A DNA stretch of 64,000 bases. Origin: Octopus bimaculoides. Lineage: Eukaryota. Positions 25,350 to 37,829 of this stretch are shown here, piece by piece. Every line of letters begins with the position of its first letter. Position 1 is the first letter of the stretch. The notes under the pieces are model-generated. The model searched no databases. It was not told the origin of the DNA and saw only the letters and a list, made by a program, of their open reading frames with translations. The stretch covers positions 93,954,094-94,018,093 of the forward strand of contig NC_068982.1 in the NCBI RefSeq assembly GCF_001194135.2, read 5' to 3'. A program made the translations under genes and the position numbers.

Positions 25350-25644
25350 GCGTTCGCACATTCTCGAACCTATGTTAGCACTGGACATCTTCATCTGATC
25401 AATAGGTTTAAGAGAGTCTGTACAAAGCCTTAATTGACCTAAAATTCTGGGGCGTGCAATCGCCCGCGAGGCAAATACATGATGTTCAGTCAAGTGAGAA
25501 GACACCGCGGCGAGCATGGAACCGCGGATGCGTGCTCGGATGAAGCCGACTGCTGGTACCATAATCTCATGCACAGACAAAGTTGGCATTTTGTATGAGC
25601 AATAGTCATTGATGGTTTTCCTAGGTCACAAGTGAACAGCCACC

Positions 25645-25850
25645 AACATCAAACACACACACACACACACACGCTTATCCATCCATCCATCCATCCATCC
25701 ATCCATCCATCCATCCATCCATCCATCCATGCATGCATGCATACATACATACATACATACATACATNNNNNNNNNNTCCATCCATCCATCCATCCATCCA
25801 TGCATGCATGCATACATACATACATACATACATACATACATACATACATA
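25645..25850. repeat. (CA)n, (CATC)n and (CATA)n compound microsatellite
   Basis: Direct reading; it contains a 10-N gap. Confidence 0.95.
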
Positions 25851-26200
25851 AGAGAAGAGAAACTATGTACAGGTGTGGAAATTAGCTGTCCACCGGATGT
25901 TAACAATGAATACCTACGTTGAACTATTGAGAAATCTGCAGTTACTCTATCCAGATTACAAGTTCGCGTTTATACCTGTAATTGTTGGGGCCCTGGGATA
26001 TATAACACACTGCCTAAATACCAATCTTGAGAAATTAGGCTTCTCAAAAGGAAAAAGCTAATTTGAAGACTACAGATCCAGTCCATCCCTGGAACTGTAA
26101 AATTCTGTAAAACTTTCCAGAAGTTTAGCTTCTAAATATATATGAGCATGTCTAGATATGTAACTATAGGCATGAAAATACATACATAACGCAAAACATA
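25851..26200 (+). mobile_element. 5'-truncated (CATA)n-associated RLE LINE, 3' end
   Basis: YVELLRNLQLLYPDYKFAFIPVIVGALG...LEKLGF...PGTVKFCKTFQKF; related to 11005-11981; it begins right after (CATA)n. Confidence 0.82.
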
Positions 26201-26269
26201 CAAATCTGCAAGACGACGCATGAACTACCTGCAAAAATGAGTTGTTTATAGTGATCAAATGTTCTTGCC

Positions 26270-26417
26270 GCTCATTAGCTCACTCTCTCCATCAAACCGA
26301 CGTTGTCTGAACAGGTACACCGTGAGCCACGCGTCAGGTGCCGGAGTGATCGCAGAGAGAGCACCATGAGATGAAGTGTTTTTCTCAAGAACACAACGCC
26401 CTGCCCGGTCCAGGAAT

Positions 26418-26418
<1 letters not shown>
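26270..26418 (-). mobile_element. SINE family 3, fragment
   Basis: gagatgaagtgtttttctcaagaacacaacgccctgcccggtccaggaattga is shared with about 62590-62645. Confidence 0.7.
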
Positions 26419-26466
<48 letters not shown>

Positions 26467-27632
26467 AAAATTACAGTTTAAATTTAAAGTTCAAAATTTA
26501 CATGTTGGGTATGTCCCAAGTAGTATGCCGATTAAACACGTTCACTGCTTATGGCTACCTGCGTTATCCACGGTAATTGCACAATCGTCACTGGATCTAC
26601 ATTAGGGGATCCTCAGTGTACGTTGAGTATAATATAAACAATGGTCACGGGAGATAGAATATTCTGGAAACTTCAAATTATCACTACGATCGTTTAGACA
26701 CATCCTGTATTGAAAAATAAAGTTTCCAGTATATTCCATCTTCCGTATCCATTGTTTATATTTATATTTATATATTATATGTTTATTTTCTGACAACACC
26801 TCAAACGTAAAATGCTTCCATGAAGACGGGGGCTGGTATTATCCACTGATGGAATCAATCTACAAACATTATTTTGGACCACCAAGCCCCCAGAAACAGC
26901 TGTTGCACTCGTAAAACTCTTTTTCAACTCTTTTAAGTCCTGATATTATTTCTATTCTGTGTAAGTCGGCCCTTTTTATATGTAAACACATGTACATATT
27001 TTGTATTAAATACAAATAACATTTTTTTTTGTATATCGACTTGCCTAACTTGTTTATCCTTACATTTACTCCCATATCTAAATATATATATATACACACA
27101 CACACGCACACTTGCATATATTTTATATATATGTGTTTATGTAATGCGACCTATGCGTGCATAAATACATGTGTGCACATCCTTCCTCTCTTCTCTTTCA
27201 TTAATTCATTTATTAATTCATTCACATCTGTGGATTAGGCGTAACCATCCGTACTAACGTTCATACTTGTACAAGTGTTTCATGGGACATTATCTGTTGA
27301 CCATACATGCAAGTCTTCTCTCTCTGCATAATCGATGTTTTCTGAAGGAAAGGAAACGTTGATACAACGAGGAACTAATTGCTTCGCAGCTGCTGCTACC
27401 AAAACACAGAGAACGGAAACATATACCGCAAAGAAGCTTGTCAAACTCTTTAACAATTCTGTCAATTCACTGTTTTCGATTGGATTCTTTTAGCGACCGA
27501 AAACCAGATGAATAGCAAAACTGATCTTGACTGGGAGACAGTCTTACACTGTCTCCCAGAAATAGAGAATCGGAAGAAATGCCTTGAGTTAGTTTATCCG
27601 ATGCTCTGATGTTGCTACCAACTCACCACCTT

Positions 27633-27663
27633 TCATACATACATACATACATACATACATACA

Positions 27664-27697
<34 letters not shown>

Positions 27698-27710
27698 CAT
27701 ACATACATAC
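27633..27710. repeat. (CATA)n microsatellite
   Basis: Direct reading. Confidence 0.97.
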
Positions 27711-27714
27711 AATA

Positions 27715-29190
27715 TTAGTTGTCAACTCGTCTTCGAGTACGACATCTGGGAATTTCTCCTTGATCCTTCTTTCCTCATAACTTCTGCTTTCTTCAAATTC
27801 ATTTCCAAGCCAAAGGCTTTGCATGGTGCATTAAAAACTGTAATCATATCCTGCAGTTCCTCTTCTGTGTGAGATACTAAATCACAATCATCAGCATATC
27901 ATAATTCCTCACAAAACTTTAGTACCTTCAATAAATTTCCTGATGTTCAACAATCTTGTGGTTCTGAATCTGATATAGATTCCCCTAGTGTTAGCTTTGA
28001 ATGCTACCATGAATATTGCTGCTTTGTAAAGAACAAATAACGTTGACGCAAGAATGTCTCCTTGTTTTACTCCACCTCCAGCAGGAAAGGCTCAGATAAA
28101 TTATCCTGAAAGTACACTCTAGCTTTTATTTTGTCATGCAAAGATTGTATCAGTTCTGTAAACGTATTATAACAACCAAATTTCTTTAACACATTCCCTA
28201 ACATTCACCTGTTGACTGTCAAATGACTTGATAAAATCAACAAAGCATTGATTCAAGTGAAGATTCTGCTCAATACACTTTTCCTGGATTGTTATGCAGA
28301 AAATATCGAGTTGCTCTAAAACCAAATTTCGCTTGTATAGCATATTTTCCATTGTAAAGCATATTTTTCAGCTTATCTCCCTCACATTTTAGTACCTCTG
28401 GAGCTATTCTATCGATGCCTGATGATTTCTCCATTGTTCATTTATGGTATGGCTTGGGTGACTTCTTAATTTGGAGCTTTATCTAGGCATTCCTTAAATG
28501 GCAGCTGCTCGATATCATCTAACACAAGTTCATCAGTCTCTATTATCCTGGTCAACAGTACACTGTAATGTTTTCTCTTTTATTATATTTGGTTGCTTAA
28601 AATCTTATTTCCTTCTTTGGCCTAAACAAGAGCAAAAGATTATTCTTGAGGACCATAGACTTCTTTCAGTATTTGGTACATTGTCTTAGAATTTCTAGCA
28701 TCTGATGCATTTTAAGGACCTGTGCCTCATCTTCCCACCAGTCATTCTGGATGCTTCGCAAAGGTCGTTGGACTTCACTTTGCATTTTCCCTAATGTATC
28801 TGCTGCTTTCTCCTTATCGATTAAATATAAATTTGGAAGAAGTGTTCTTTCATGTATTTTTTTTTCTCCAGTAGGGTGCGAATCTCTTTAGCATTCTCAT
28901 CGAAGCGGTCTTGCTATTTCTGTTTTCTAATGCGCAAAAATCTTCCCAAATATTCACTTATTTTAAAGGTTCGAGATTATCAATGACTGATATCAACAAA
29001 TGATGAGTTTCCTTTCACTGGAATTACCCCATATCAAACATTTTGCATGTAAGCGCTTTGTGCTGAAACTTAGAGTGCACTTTAAGCCTAAGCTTGGCTC
29101 TAACTAATTGATGATCAGTTCAGCACTCAACTTCCTTCGTGACTTTCACTATTTTCATATTCAGTAGATCACACTTTCTAGTGATAATAA
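27715..29190 (-). mobile_element. RTE-clade LINE (end of APE domain to RT), degenerate
   Basis: The minus strand gives YIITRKC...ECSTDHQLVRAKL (APE end), LNQCFVDFIKSFD, GVKQGDILASTLF, YADDCDLVSHTEEELQ...AFGLEMN. Confidence 0.88.
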
Positions 29191-30188
29191 TATACCAGTG
29201 CGTACGTCTACCACCCTTTGAACGTGAGTACGTCTACCACCCTTTGTAGTGCGTTTTTTTACGAAAGAGTGTTGCCGATAGCCAGGTTATATTTATTGTA
29301 TAACTGCAGTACATTGATTAAAAACATATTACTCGCCAGACAAATTAGAAGACGTTCGTAAAAAAAAGCGTAGAAATATATCAAAACTAAATAATGAATG
29401 AATATTTTAACCAGATGTGTGATATTTGAAAATTAGAGCAAATTTCGTTTTTAAAAGAAATGTATTTTCAATTTATTTTCAGGCAATCGTTTTTTTTAAA
29501 CAAGGAAATGTAATAATGTTCACAAAGATAATAAGTTCATTTATATACAAATTTATATAACTATAGTTTGAAGGTAGTCGAAAATGTCTGCATCTGCATA
29601 GTCCAGCATAAACATCTGAATTCATTTTGAGGCAATAGAATTTTTAATGTTCTTTGACATAACAGAAGCATCACAGTTTCAAGATACTCCGGGATGCACA
29701 ATTAGTGATATATTTGGGTTTTATGGGTTTTCTAGTCTTTCAATTTAAGTTCTCTACCACCAGTTGATCTAGCCGGAGTTTCTATTCAGGTAGCATAGAT
29801 TCACGGGTTTTCCCTTTTTATCCAAAATTATCTAGAATAGTCGTGAACCAGGCACTGTTGTTTATCTATAGTCTTACGCAGAATAAACATTTGAATGTGA
29901 TCCAGAGTGGGAACCAAAATATCTGTCAGGTTTCTATATGATTATTTGTGCAATTCCTCTCATGGACGGTTATATTGTACAAATCCATGTAGAAGATTGA
30001 ATAATGGACTTCTGCGTCGTATTTTAGAAATAGCAGCATTCACATTTGACAAATTCGCCTTCATTAGAGAAAAAGCATCCAGGAGATTAGCTGGCGAAAC
30101 AAATCCAACAGCCATCAATTACTATGAGCATCAAGATAAAGGAAGGTTATTATCACTATCATAATGAGTTCGAAAGTTTGACACTCAC

Positions 30189-30229
30189 CGTTTACTGTGT
30201 CATAGAGATGGAAGATGCAAACGTGGAGA
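30189..30229 (-). CDS. Candidate internal exon: (R)LHVCIFHLYDTVN(A)
   Basis: Acceptor gtgttgttcgttgttaacattAG; 41 nt; strong donor GTGAGT; phase 2 to 1, linking the 36030-35910 and 21317-21262 exons in frame. Confidence 0.45.
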
Positions 30230-30900
30230 CTAATGTTAACAACGAACAACACCGATGGAAAAGTAATGAACTGCCAACTCGAAATAAGTGTTCATTTTAG
30301 CTATTTTGGAATCTAGCTAACGGTTAGCGATCATTTTAGTAAGGGTTTCTTGGATAATGATGTACTGTACTTCAGTTTTCCAGGAATAAACACGTAGACT
30401 AAGATAATTCTCCATTGAATCTCATTGAATGATATACAGCTGGCAGAACAACTGAGGAATTCTGTCCAATGTGCAATAGACAAACCACTGAGAATTTTGT
30501 TTAAGGAACTCAATGGTCAACAGGGCTAAAAAAAAACAAAAAAACATTAGCAACGCTATCGTGAATCATGAACTGATGTCGATCTTAAGTTTTTATAAAT
30601 ACCCCCAGAATAGCCAAGTTTTCAACCGTCTTCACAAGGATAAATATGGGTATTTCTTTCCTGAATTCTGCATCGCTGATATGCCGGTTAGCTTTGGTAA
30701 ATTCTTGATTATTGAGATTATCTCCCCTGTTCATCTGAAACTGGCGTCGATTGTCAGTTGTAATTGTAACGCAGAGGAAGAATGCTTTTGATAAATCAAT
30801 AATTTATGCTGTATATTATTGGCATAGCTGTATGTGTCTATGTTGTTCATGTACATGCTACTGGTAGCTCTATTTTTCATAGTTCACTTTTACTTATACA

Positions 30901-30906
30901 TACATA

Positions 30907-30992
<86 letters not shown>

Positions 30993-31045
30993 TTCATACA
31001 CGCTCGCTCGCGCGCGCGCGCGCACACACACACACACACACACAT
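30901..31045. repeat. (CA)n microsatellite with a short (CG)n
   Basis: Direct reading. Confidence 0.97.
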
Positions 31046-31307
31046 CTAAATTGAGGGAGTGGAGCAGGTCAAATCCAGGCTACATATGTTTCCTAGCTAG
31101 CAGATCCTCGGAAGTAATAGTTACTGAACGAGGGGTACTCCGCTAGCTACCCATCAAGCCGAAGATATCTTAATTATATGAAGGTTACAATGTCGTTAAG
31201 GAATCCCAAGTTGATTCGCCGGAGGTATAATATGAAATCAGTGACGAAGTCGGAAGACGGGAGTGAAAAAAACAAATAGAAAACAGATTTTAAAATGTTT
31301 GAAGCAA

Positions 31308-31362
<55 letters not shown>

Positions 31363-31481
31363 ATTGTGTCAATGCTTGTTTTATATTTAGTTGTAATAAA
31401 ATCAATTATACATTAATCTGACGATGGTTTAAACTTCGAAGACACTATCAACAACATTCTTGTTTAAAAATTATATATATA

Positions 31482-31680
31482 TAGTTCAAATTTACAGAAG
31501 AACAGAAAAACAAAAGACAGGTGTATAAACAACAAGTAGATGTATTAGTTTGACGCTCGGGAAGGTGAGAAAGTCTTTTACGTTTCGAGCCTACGCTCTT
31601 CAAGAGAAAGAAACACGAGAAAATAAGCAGAGATAGAATAAAAAAAAAACTTTTGGAGTTAGTGGTCAATCATGGCGACA
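31482..31680. mobile_element. Penelope-like terminal repeat (pLTR)-type fragment
   Basis: agttcaaatttacaga...gtattagtttgacgctcgggaag...tacgtttcgagcctacgctcttc; an inverted homolog lies at 37236-37400; both abut (TA)n. Confidence 0.6.
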
Positions 31681-31706
31681 TAGATATATGTGTGTGTGCA
31701 TGTGTG

Positions 31707-31741
<35 letters not shown>

Positions 31742-33089
31742 ATGCATGCAAAAACACACATACATACACAAATATACACATGTTTAATGTACAAAGTAAA
31801 TATAAGTACAAACTATAAACAATTAGAGGATGTATGTATATACTATAATCTTAGATTGCATATGTTATGCATGTGTGTAAGCGAATGTGTTAGACAACTG
31901 TTTTAGTAATAATATTAGGAAAGGCAATGTTCAGTTAATAACTAAAGTTCCTTTGTATTTATTTCAAAACAGAGCAGAAAAGTGACAATCCTAGCTTTGA
32001 TTCCGTCAGATGACGAGGTGAACGTCAGCTATCCTTTGGGCCATCTAATTACGAATAGATTCTATGGGATATATACAATAAGGAATTGAATACAATGCAC
32101 AGCAAACAATACCCTAATCGCTTCTGTTAAAATAGATTTTAACCCGTGATTCTTGATAAATATAAAGATTTGTATTTATTTTGTTAGCACTTGGTTTTCT
32201 AGATCTTCTATTTAAAAGCGTTCAGGTATCGAACAGATTTCTTAGCAACTTAGCGATCGTTCATATTGTCCTATTATTGATCTCTGCCAATATTGTCTCT
32301 TGGGTTAATAACACATCGGGAAATTTCGCTACACTACTTTACAGTAGTTTTCCAACAAACATTTTCTCTCAATATCTCTAAATATTGGTTTCTCATATTG
32401 CCATCAAGAGACAAATTTACAGGAGATGTGTGTTTTCTATAGAACTGAACCAAGTACAACTCTACTACTTATTATATTGATCTCTTAGAGATAAACACCA
32501 AACTCCAAAACTGGCAGAATTTATGCTCATAACAAAAATACGGAAATAAATCCTGTCTTGAGTTTAATCTACTGGCCTTTCGTTCTACCTACAGCACTGC
32601 CTCCCCCGCTCCGATAGGAGCAATATTACAATTTTTGCAAAGAGAAATTAATATAGATTCAAACATGAAATTTGAAATAGTTGAAAGACAAATTAAAATT
32701 TTATTTTAGATCTTCATTCGGTGTTCTGAGTTTAAACATCGGAAGAGGAACAGTGCCCATGACTGGTGAGATAGATGATGCAATGGCTAGTAAGAAGCGA
32801 CTGAATTACAGAAGAAGCTATGTTATGTAAATTCCCCAGTCGAGGAAGGACACATTGGACAATGTAGTTATATATATATATGCCAATGGAAAGAAGACAA
32901 AGAAAATTCTTTAACACATCTTTAATTATAAGTTACACGTGATACCATCTCCATTTGCAACGCCAGTTTACGTGAAAATTCTAAAATAAAAAATACGTAA
33001 TATATGCAGTTTTGGGCATTGGAGAGACACTTCCTCAGACTTGCATCAAAGTCATGCTATTACAGTGTGCGTCCTTCAGACCTTGTTGT

Positions 33090-33390
33090 TATGAAAGTAT
33101 CGGAAGGAAATAAAAAGGAAAAAAATTAAAAGTGTGTATGCGGGATGGGTCTGTAGGGAAGAAATTATGTGGTGGTGAAGGAATCAAGAGGGTGGATACG
33201 TATAAAAATAGGAGGGAGAAAGGGAAGAAGGGGAAGAAAATTAATAGAAGAAGGTGAAAGAGAAGGATCCGGAGGAGAAGGAAAGGAAGAAGTAGAAGAA
33301 ACAAAGGAAGAAGGAAAAGAAGAAGAAAAGGAAAAGAAGAAAAGGAGAAGACGAGGGCGACGAAGAAGAAGAAGAAAGAAAAGCTGGAAG
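33090..33390. repeat. Purine-rich (GAA/GGA) low-complexity tract
   Basis: Direct reading; it is the source of the spurious E/K/R-rich ORF 33169-33459. Confidence 0.85.
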
Positions 33391-33684
33391 GAGGGTGTCA
33401 ACCGGTACCGGCAGGGCCATTGTTACGAAGATTCGTCCGATGGAATACTATGTGTTTAACAGCACAGCGACATTAGTCTGCGACAATTTAAAATGAAAAT
33501 ATCTATTACATATTTTGTTGTGTCTGTGGAGAGTCATTCTCCTTTAGTGCCTTATTATTTAACACACTCACCGGTAAAGTTTCCACTCATTTACTTTATA
33601 TATTTTTTTCTAAAATTTTTGTTGCGTCTTGCAACCTTTTCAATAGTCGTTGACTCTGTCCGTTATCCGAGCTGCGTTCTTTTT

Positions 33685-33733
33685 GTTTGCGCGCATGTGT
33701 GTGGGTCAGTGTGTGCGCGCATACACATGTATG

Positions 33734-33765
<32 letters not shown>

Positions 33766-34265
33766 CATGCATGCATGCATGCATGTATGTATGTATGTAT
33801 GTATGTATGTATGTATGTATGCATGTATGTGTGTATGCATGTATATATGTGTGTGTGCTCATGCATATATGTATGTGTGTACGTTTGCATGTATGTATTC
33901 TGCATATTCATGTGTTTGTGTGTTTTTATGTGTGTGTGTGTGCATGTCTGAGTGTGTCTGTGTCTGTGTATAGGTTTTTGTGACTATGTAGTATCTGTAT
34001 GCAGGGATGTGTATATCCATATGTGTGTGGATGTGTCTCCATATGTGTCCTTGTGTGAAGTGAAGTGTGTGTGTATATGGTCATGTGTTTCAGTTTTCAT
34101 TTCTGTATGTGTGTGTATGTGTGCTTGTCTGTTCATATTACCTATGTACCTATCCATCTGTATATCTATCTCCTTACATTCATCTGCCTACATACATGTA
34201 AATATACATATACGTATACACACACACACACATACACACAGAGACACACACACACGCATCTACAT
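33685..34265. repeat. (TATG)n/(TG)n/(CA)n degenerate microsatellite block
   Basis: Direct reading. Confidence 0.9.
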
Positions 34266-34329
34266 AACAGCCTACTAACTATTTTACCTGTATTAAAAAT
34301 GAAATGTGGATGTAGGAGTATGATTACCT

Positions 34330-34930
34330 ACTACGTATATTTCATATTTAGTACTGGGAATGTTTCATTTATGAGGACATACTCCTGTATTTGTCTGAGG
34401 GTTGGGTCCTTTGGGTGCTTGGATAAGATGCGGATGTCAAGTTGACCCAGGTTGCCTCCATGTTGGTCCTTGGCATGTTGGTAGAGTATGGAGGGCTGTT
34501 TTTTTATTGTTATATCGTCTCAAATGTTCATTTAGTTTTTCCGCAATGCTTCTAAATGCCTCCCCTATGTATGTCATGTTCATGTCTTTACAAGCACATT
34601 CTATGCATCTTAAGCTGTAGACTACATTTCTAGTTGTACAGTTAATGCCAGGGTTAATCCTACATACCATGCTGGTATCATTGATGCATATGGTATTCTC
34701 AAAGGGGTACGTCCTACATAGTTGTGATTTGATGGCGTTTCCTGGGTTTTTAACAATCTTCATGTTGAGTTTTGTCTCCTTCAGAGCTTTCCTAAATCTA
34801 CGGGCTAATTCTTCATGGGCTGTAGCCTCTACAAACATCACTCCTTGATATTTGTCGATTTTATACCACGTCTTCACCCTATTTGCTTTGTTACAAGCTC
34901 TTTGTATTCTATTCCAGTCTTTGCTTCTAT
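34330..34930 (-). mobile_element. Penelope-like element, GIY-YIG endonuclease region
   Basis: WYKIDKYQGVMFVEAT...ELARR; CTTRNVVYSLRCIEC...YIGEAFRSIAEKLNEH (GIY-YIG); downstream DPTLRQIQEYVLIN..PVLN in another frame. Confidence 0.88.
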
Positions 34931-35455
34931 TGTTTGAGGAATGTGAGCGTCTGATAACGTACCAAATGCCAGGACTTTAACTCCGTCAATGATACAAGCT
35001 GCGGAAAGCCGTGCCCTACAGTAGGTATCCACATTTGTTATTCTTCTTCAAGTTCGACACAAAGGTTCATATTGTATTAGTGTTAAATACTAATCCTTAA
35101 TTAAAAAGAGGCTTATCTTACTTTACAAAGATCCTGGGAAGGATAATAAGTAAAGTCTTTCCTTCACTGACTAAGTCATTAAAATATCATATAATCTAGT
35201 ACATACGGGCTAGATAATATAATTAGATTTACAAGTTATTCAATGCATTTGAAAGGTTAGTGTGAAATAAGACAAAATTGATCCCTAAAATAAAAATAAT
35301 ATCAGAATACCAGAAGCAATCCAAATTACAGGTCTATAACTTTTTTTCCTATCAAGATATAAACTCACCCCTGCCACCTTAAATCTGTACTTTGCAACAG
35401 AATCGTTGCTCACTTTGCCCGAAGAGTTGAGAAGGTACCGGAAACGAATATATGA

Positions 35456-36152
35456 CTGAAGAACCGGGCAATTATCTAAGATAGCATGACATTGATTGAT
35501 TACTGAAGCTGATTTCATAGCATATAATATCATGCTATGAGAAAACGGGAAACGATTACATCACTAGAGAGCTAAAAATTGTTCAACAAAACCAGTCCTA
35601 TACAGTTGTCTGCATTAGCTACAAGGGCTCGAAGAGAGATAGAAAAACGTTAAATAAGGTGCTTACAAACATATGTGAGATAGAACGAATGATTTACACA
35701 AAAAGGGGAGTAGGAGTGAAAGTTGAGACAAATTAAAATTTATAAGGCACAATTACTGAAGCGGAATAGATAAAAGTGTATGATAAGACAATAATTAAAG
35801 CACCATATACAAAATAGTAAAAATAGTAAAAACATTTTCGGTTTGGTTCACTAATGGAGAAAACTACTTATTAGGTATGATTCGAGCACACCACATCCCA
35901 CCTACTTACCGTTGCCAGTACTGTTGTCTCGTACACTCAAAAGCATCTGTATTTTGATTTGGCTGGGGAAGATAAGTATTCACATTTCGAAGATAAGACT
36001 GTTTTAGTTCGTTGTAACACCTTTGATTTACTAAAAACCTATCCTTCACATGTCTCCCTTTCCAGTGATGCAGCATGATAATGTATGCTATGAAATTATT
36101 TCCAATAATCAATCTACGTCATGCTGGCTTAAATAATTGCCCGGTTCTCCAG
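35456..36152. repeat. 81-bp inverted repeat pair (35456-35536 and 36072-36152) enclosing a candidate exon
   Basis: Ungapped alignment with 68 of 81 positions identical by my count; TA follows the right arm. Confidence 0.9.
35910..36030 (-). CDS. Candidate internal exon: NQRCYNELKQSYLRNVNTYLPQPNQNTDAFECTRQQYWQ(R)
   Basis: Acceptor ggtttttAG (short pyrimidine tract); 121 nt; strong donor GTAAGT; phase 1 to 2; only this frame is open. Confidence 0.45.
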
Positions 36153-36382
36153 TAGCTGTTCATTACAGCCCAAGATAGTCCATGTCTTTGCTGCTACTTG
36201 CACAGCCTTATACAGTAGGACCAAATGTGCCATTCCATTGGTGTTAAATACTAAGCCTTGATAATTTTGTAAGTGGAGCAGACCGTCCTAAGGTAATTAA
36301 TTATAATCGTTTTTGGCTCGGAGCGAAAAAAACCAAAAAAACATATGTTTACGATTTTAGAGCCAATAATAATATTAATAAT

Positions 36383-36540
36383 AATCCTTTCTACTATAGG
36401 AAATTTGGGGGAGGGGGATAGTCGATTAAATCAACTCCCGTGTTTCACTGGTACGTAATTTATCGACCCTGGAAGGATGAAAGGAAAAGTCGACCTCGGC
36501 AGAATTTGAACTCAGAACGTAAAGACAAACGAAATACTGG
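36383..36540 (-). mobile_element. SINE family 1, 5'-truncated
   Basis: aatcctttctactatagg...aaagtcgacctcggcagaatttgaactcagaacgtaaagac. Confidence 0.88.
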
Positions 36541-36569
36541 AATACCGTCGGACCGGAATACCGTTGTTA

Positions 36570-37150
36570 TTGCATTAATGCTTCTGACAAGTATACTGAG
36601 AAAACAGACTTGCTTATGAGTTTACCAAAGCCAAGGTGAAAATAAGTCACCTGCTTTAGATGGATTTCTCAATCTACATAAAAGAAACGAGAAACACTTG
36701 GATTCTTTGATCAAAACAGTGAGAGTGTTCAGTAAAGATACTGGAATGCAGTTAGGGGTAAATAAGTACGCAGTGTTAATTATGAAGAGAGGCCGAAAAA
36801 TAAACACTGATGGAATAAAATTATCACATCATTAAATCGTTGTGGAATAATGAGAGATACAAATGTTTAGGGTTGAAGCAAGACGATAGGACAATGAAAG
36901 GAGAAATGAGAAACAAAATCTCTAAAGATTACAAGAGAGTTTGAAAAGTGCTCGAAACAAAATTAAATGGAGGGAATATCATTAAAGCAATAAATACTTT
37001 GACTATGCCAGTGTTAAGATACTCTCCTCCTTTTCTGAAATGGACAAGGGCCGAGCAACAGAACTTGGATAGAAGAACTAGAAAGCTGCTCACAATGCAC
37101 AACGCACTCAACCCTAGAAGAAAAACTGATAACCTCTGCCTACTAAAACA
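36570..37150 (+). mobile_element. R4-like LINE, RT C-terminal fragment
   Basis: LDSLIKTVRVFSKDTGMQLG..KYAVLIMKRG; KLNGGNIIKAINTLTMPVLRYS...LDRRTRKLLTMHNALNP. Confidence 0.85.
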
Positions 37151-37235
37151 TAAACATGGCTGTTTATATTAGGTTTTGCACGCACACACACACACACACA
37201 CACACCTCCCCACATACATGTATATATGTATACAT

Positions 37236-37400
37236 ATGTAGCTTTTTTATTCTCTTCATTTTCCCTCTTAATCCTTTCTATCGAAGATCGTAGACTCAAA
37301 ACGAATAAAACTTTTCCATTTTCCCGAGCGTTAAACTAATACACCTGCTTTTTGTTCCTACATCTGTCATCGTCTTTTGTTTTCTGTAAATTTGAACAAT
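37236..37400. mobile_element. Second, more diverged pLTR-type fragment (inverted relative to 31482-31680)
   Basis: gaagatcgtagactcaaaacg...ttcccgagcgttaaactaatacac...ctgtaaatttgaac. Confidence 0.6.
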
Positions 37401-37767
37401 ATATATATATATATATATATATATGATTAATATTTTTACATATTTTGAATACCATATAATACTGGAAGCAGAAACAGCTGTTAAATGGGATGCAGTCTAT
37501 TTGCATTGAATTAATAAATAATAATTGATGTAAGTCAATTGTTGTTAATCAGTACTTCTCCAATTTCTGTTTTCTTTAAATTTTGGTTTTTGATAGACCC
37601 ATGTTTATCCTTGTCTTTACCAATAACTTATGAACATAATATTTGCATATGTATGTCCATGGTTAAATACAGGTAATATACCGGTAGTGTAATGGATACT
37701 TCTATCCCTTAGGTGATTATTTTAACCTCTTACCTCACTAACCTTATATATATATATNNNNNNNNNN

Positions 37768-37829
<62 letters not shown>

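Noticed and set aside
27280-27465. ORF resembling a signal peptide (SFFAVYVSVLCVLVAAAAKQ...)
   Set aside because: It has a TTG start, an upstream in-frame stop with no ATG and poor acceptors, and it is not needed for the spliced model. It cannot be fully excluded as an alternative exon.
29198-29250. Short tandem duplications (gtacgtctaccaccctttg x2; also 45851-45891 and about 44415-44540)
   Set aside because: They have only two units and are ordinary slippage duplications with no array structure.
29907-30791. Plus-strand ORFs of 85-92 aa
   Set aside because: They have GTG or weak starts, no recognisable motif and no splice context, and their length is within chance expectation.
35285-35533. 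Minus-strand ORF with a hydrophobic end and an internal GTGAGT
   Set aside because: It begins inside the inverted-repeat arm, and its only long open frame is phase 0, which does not fit the upstream phase-2 exon.
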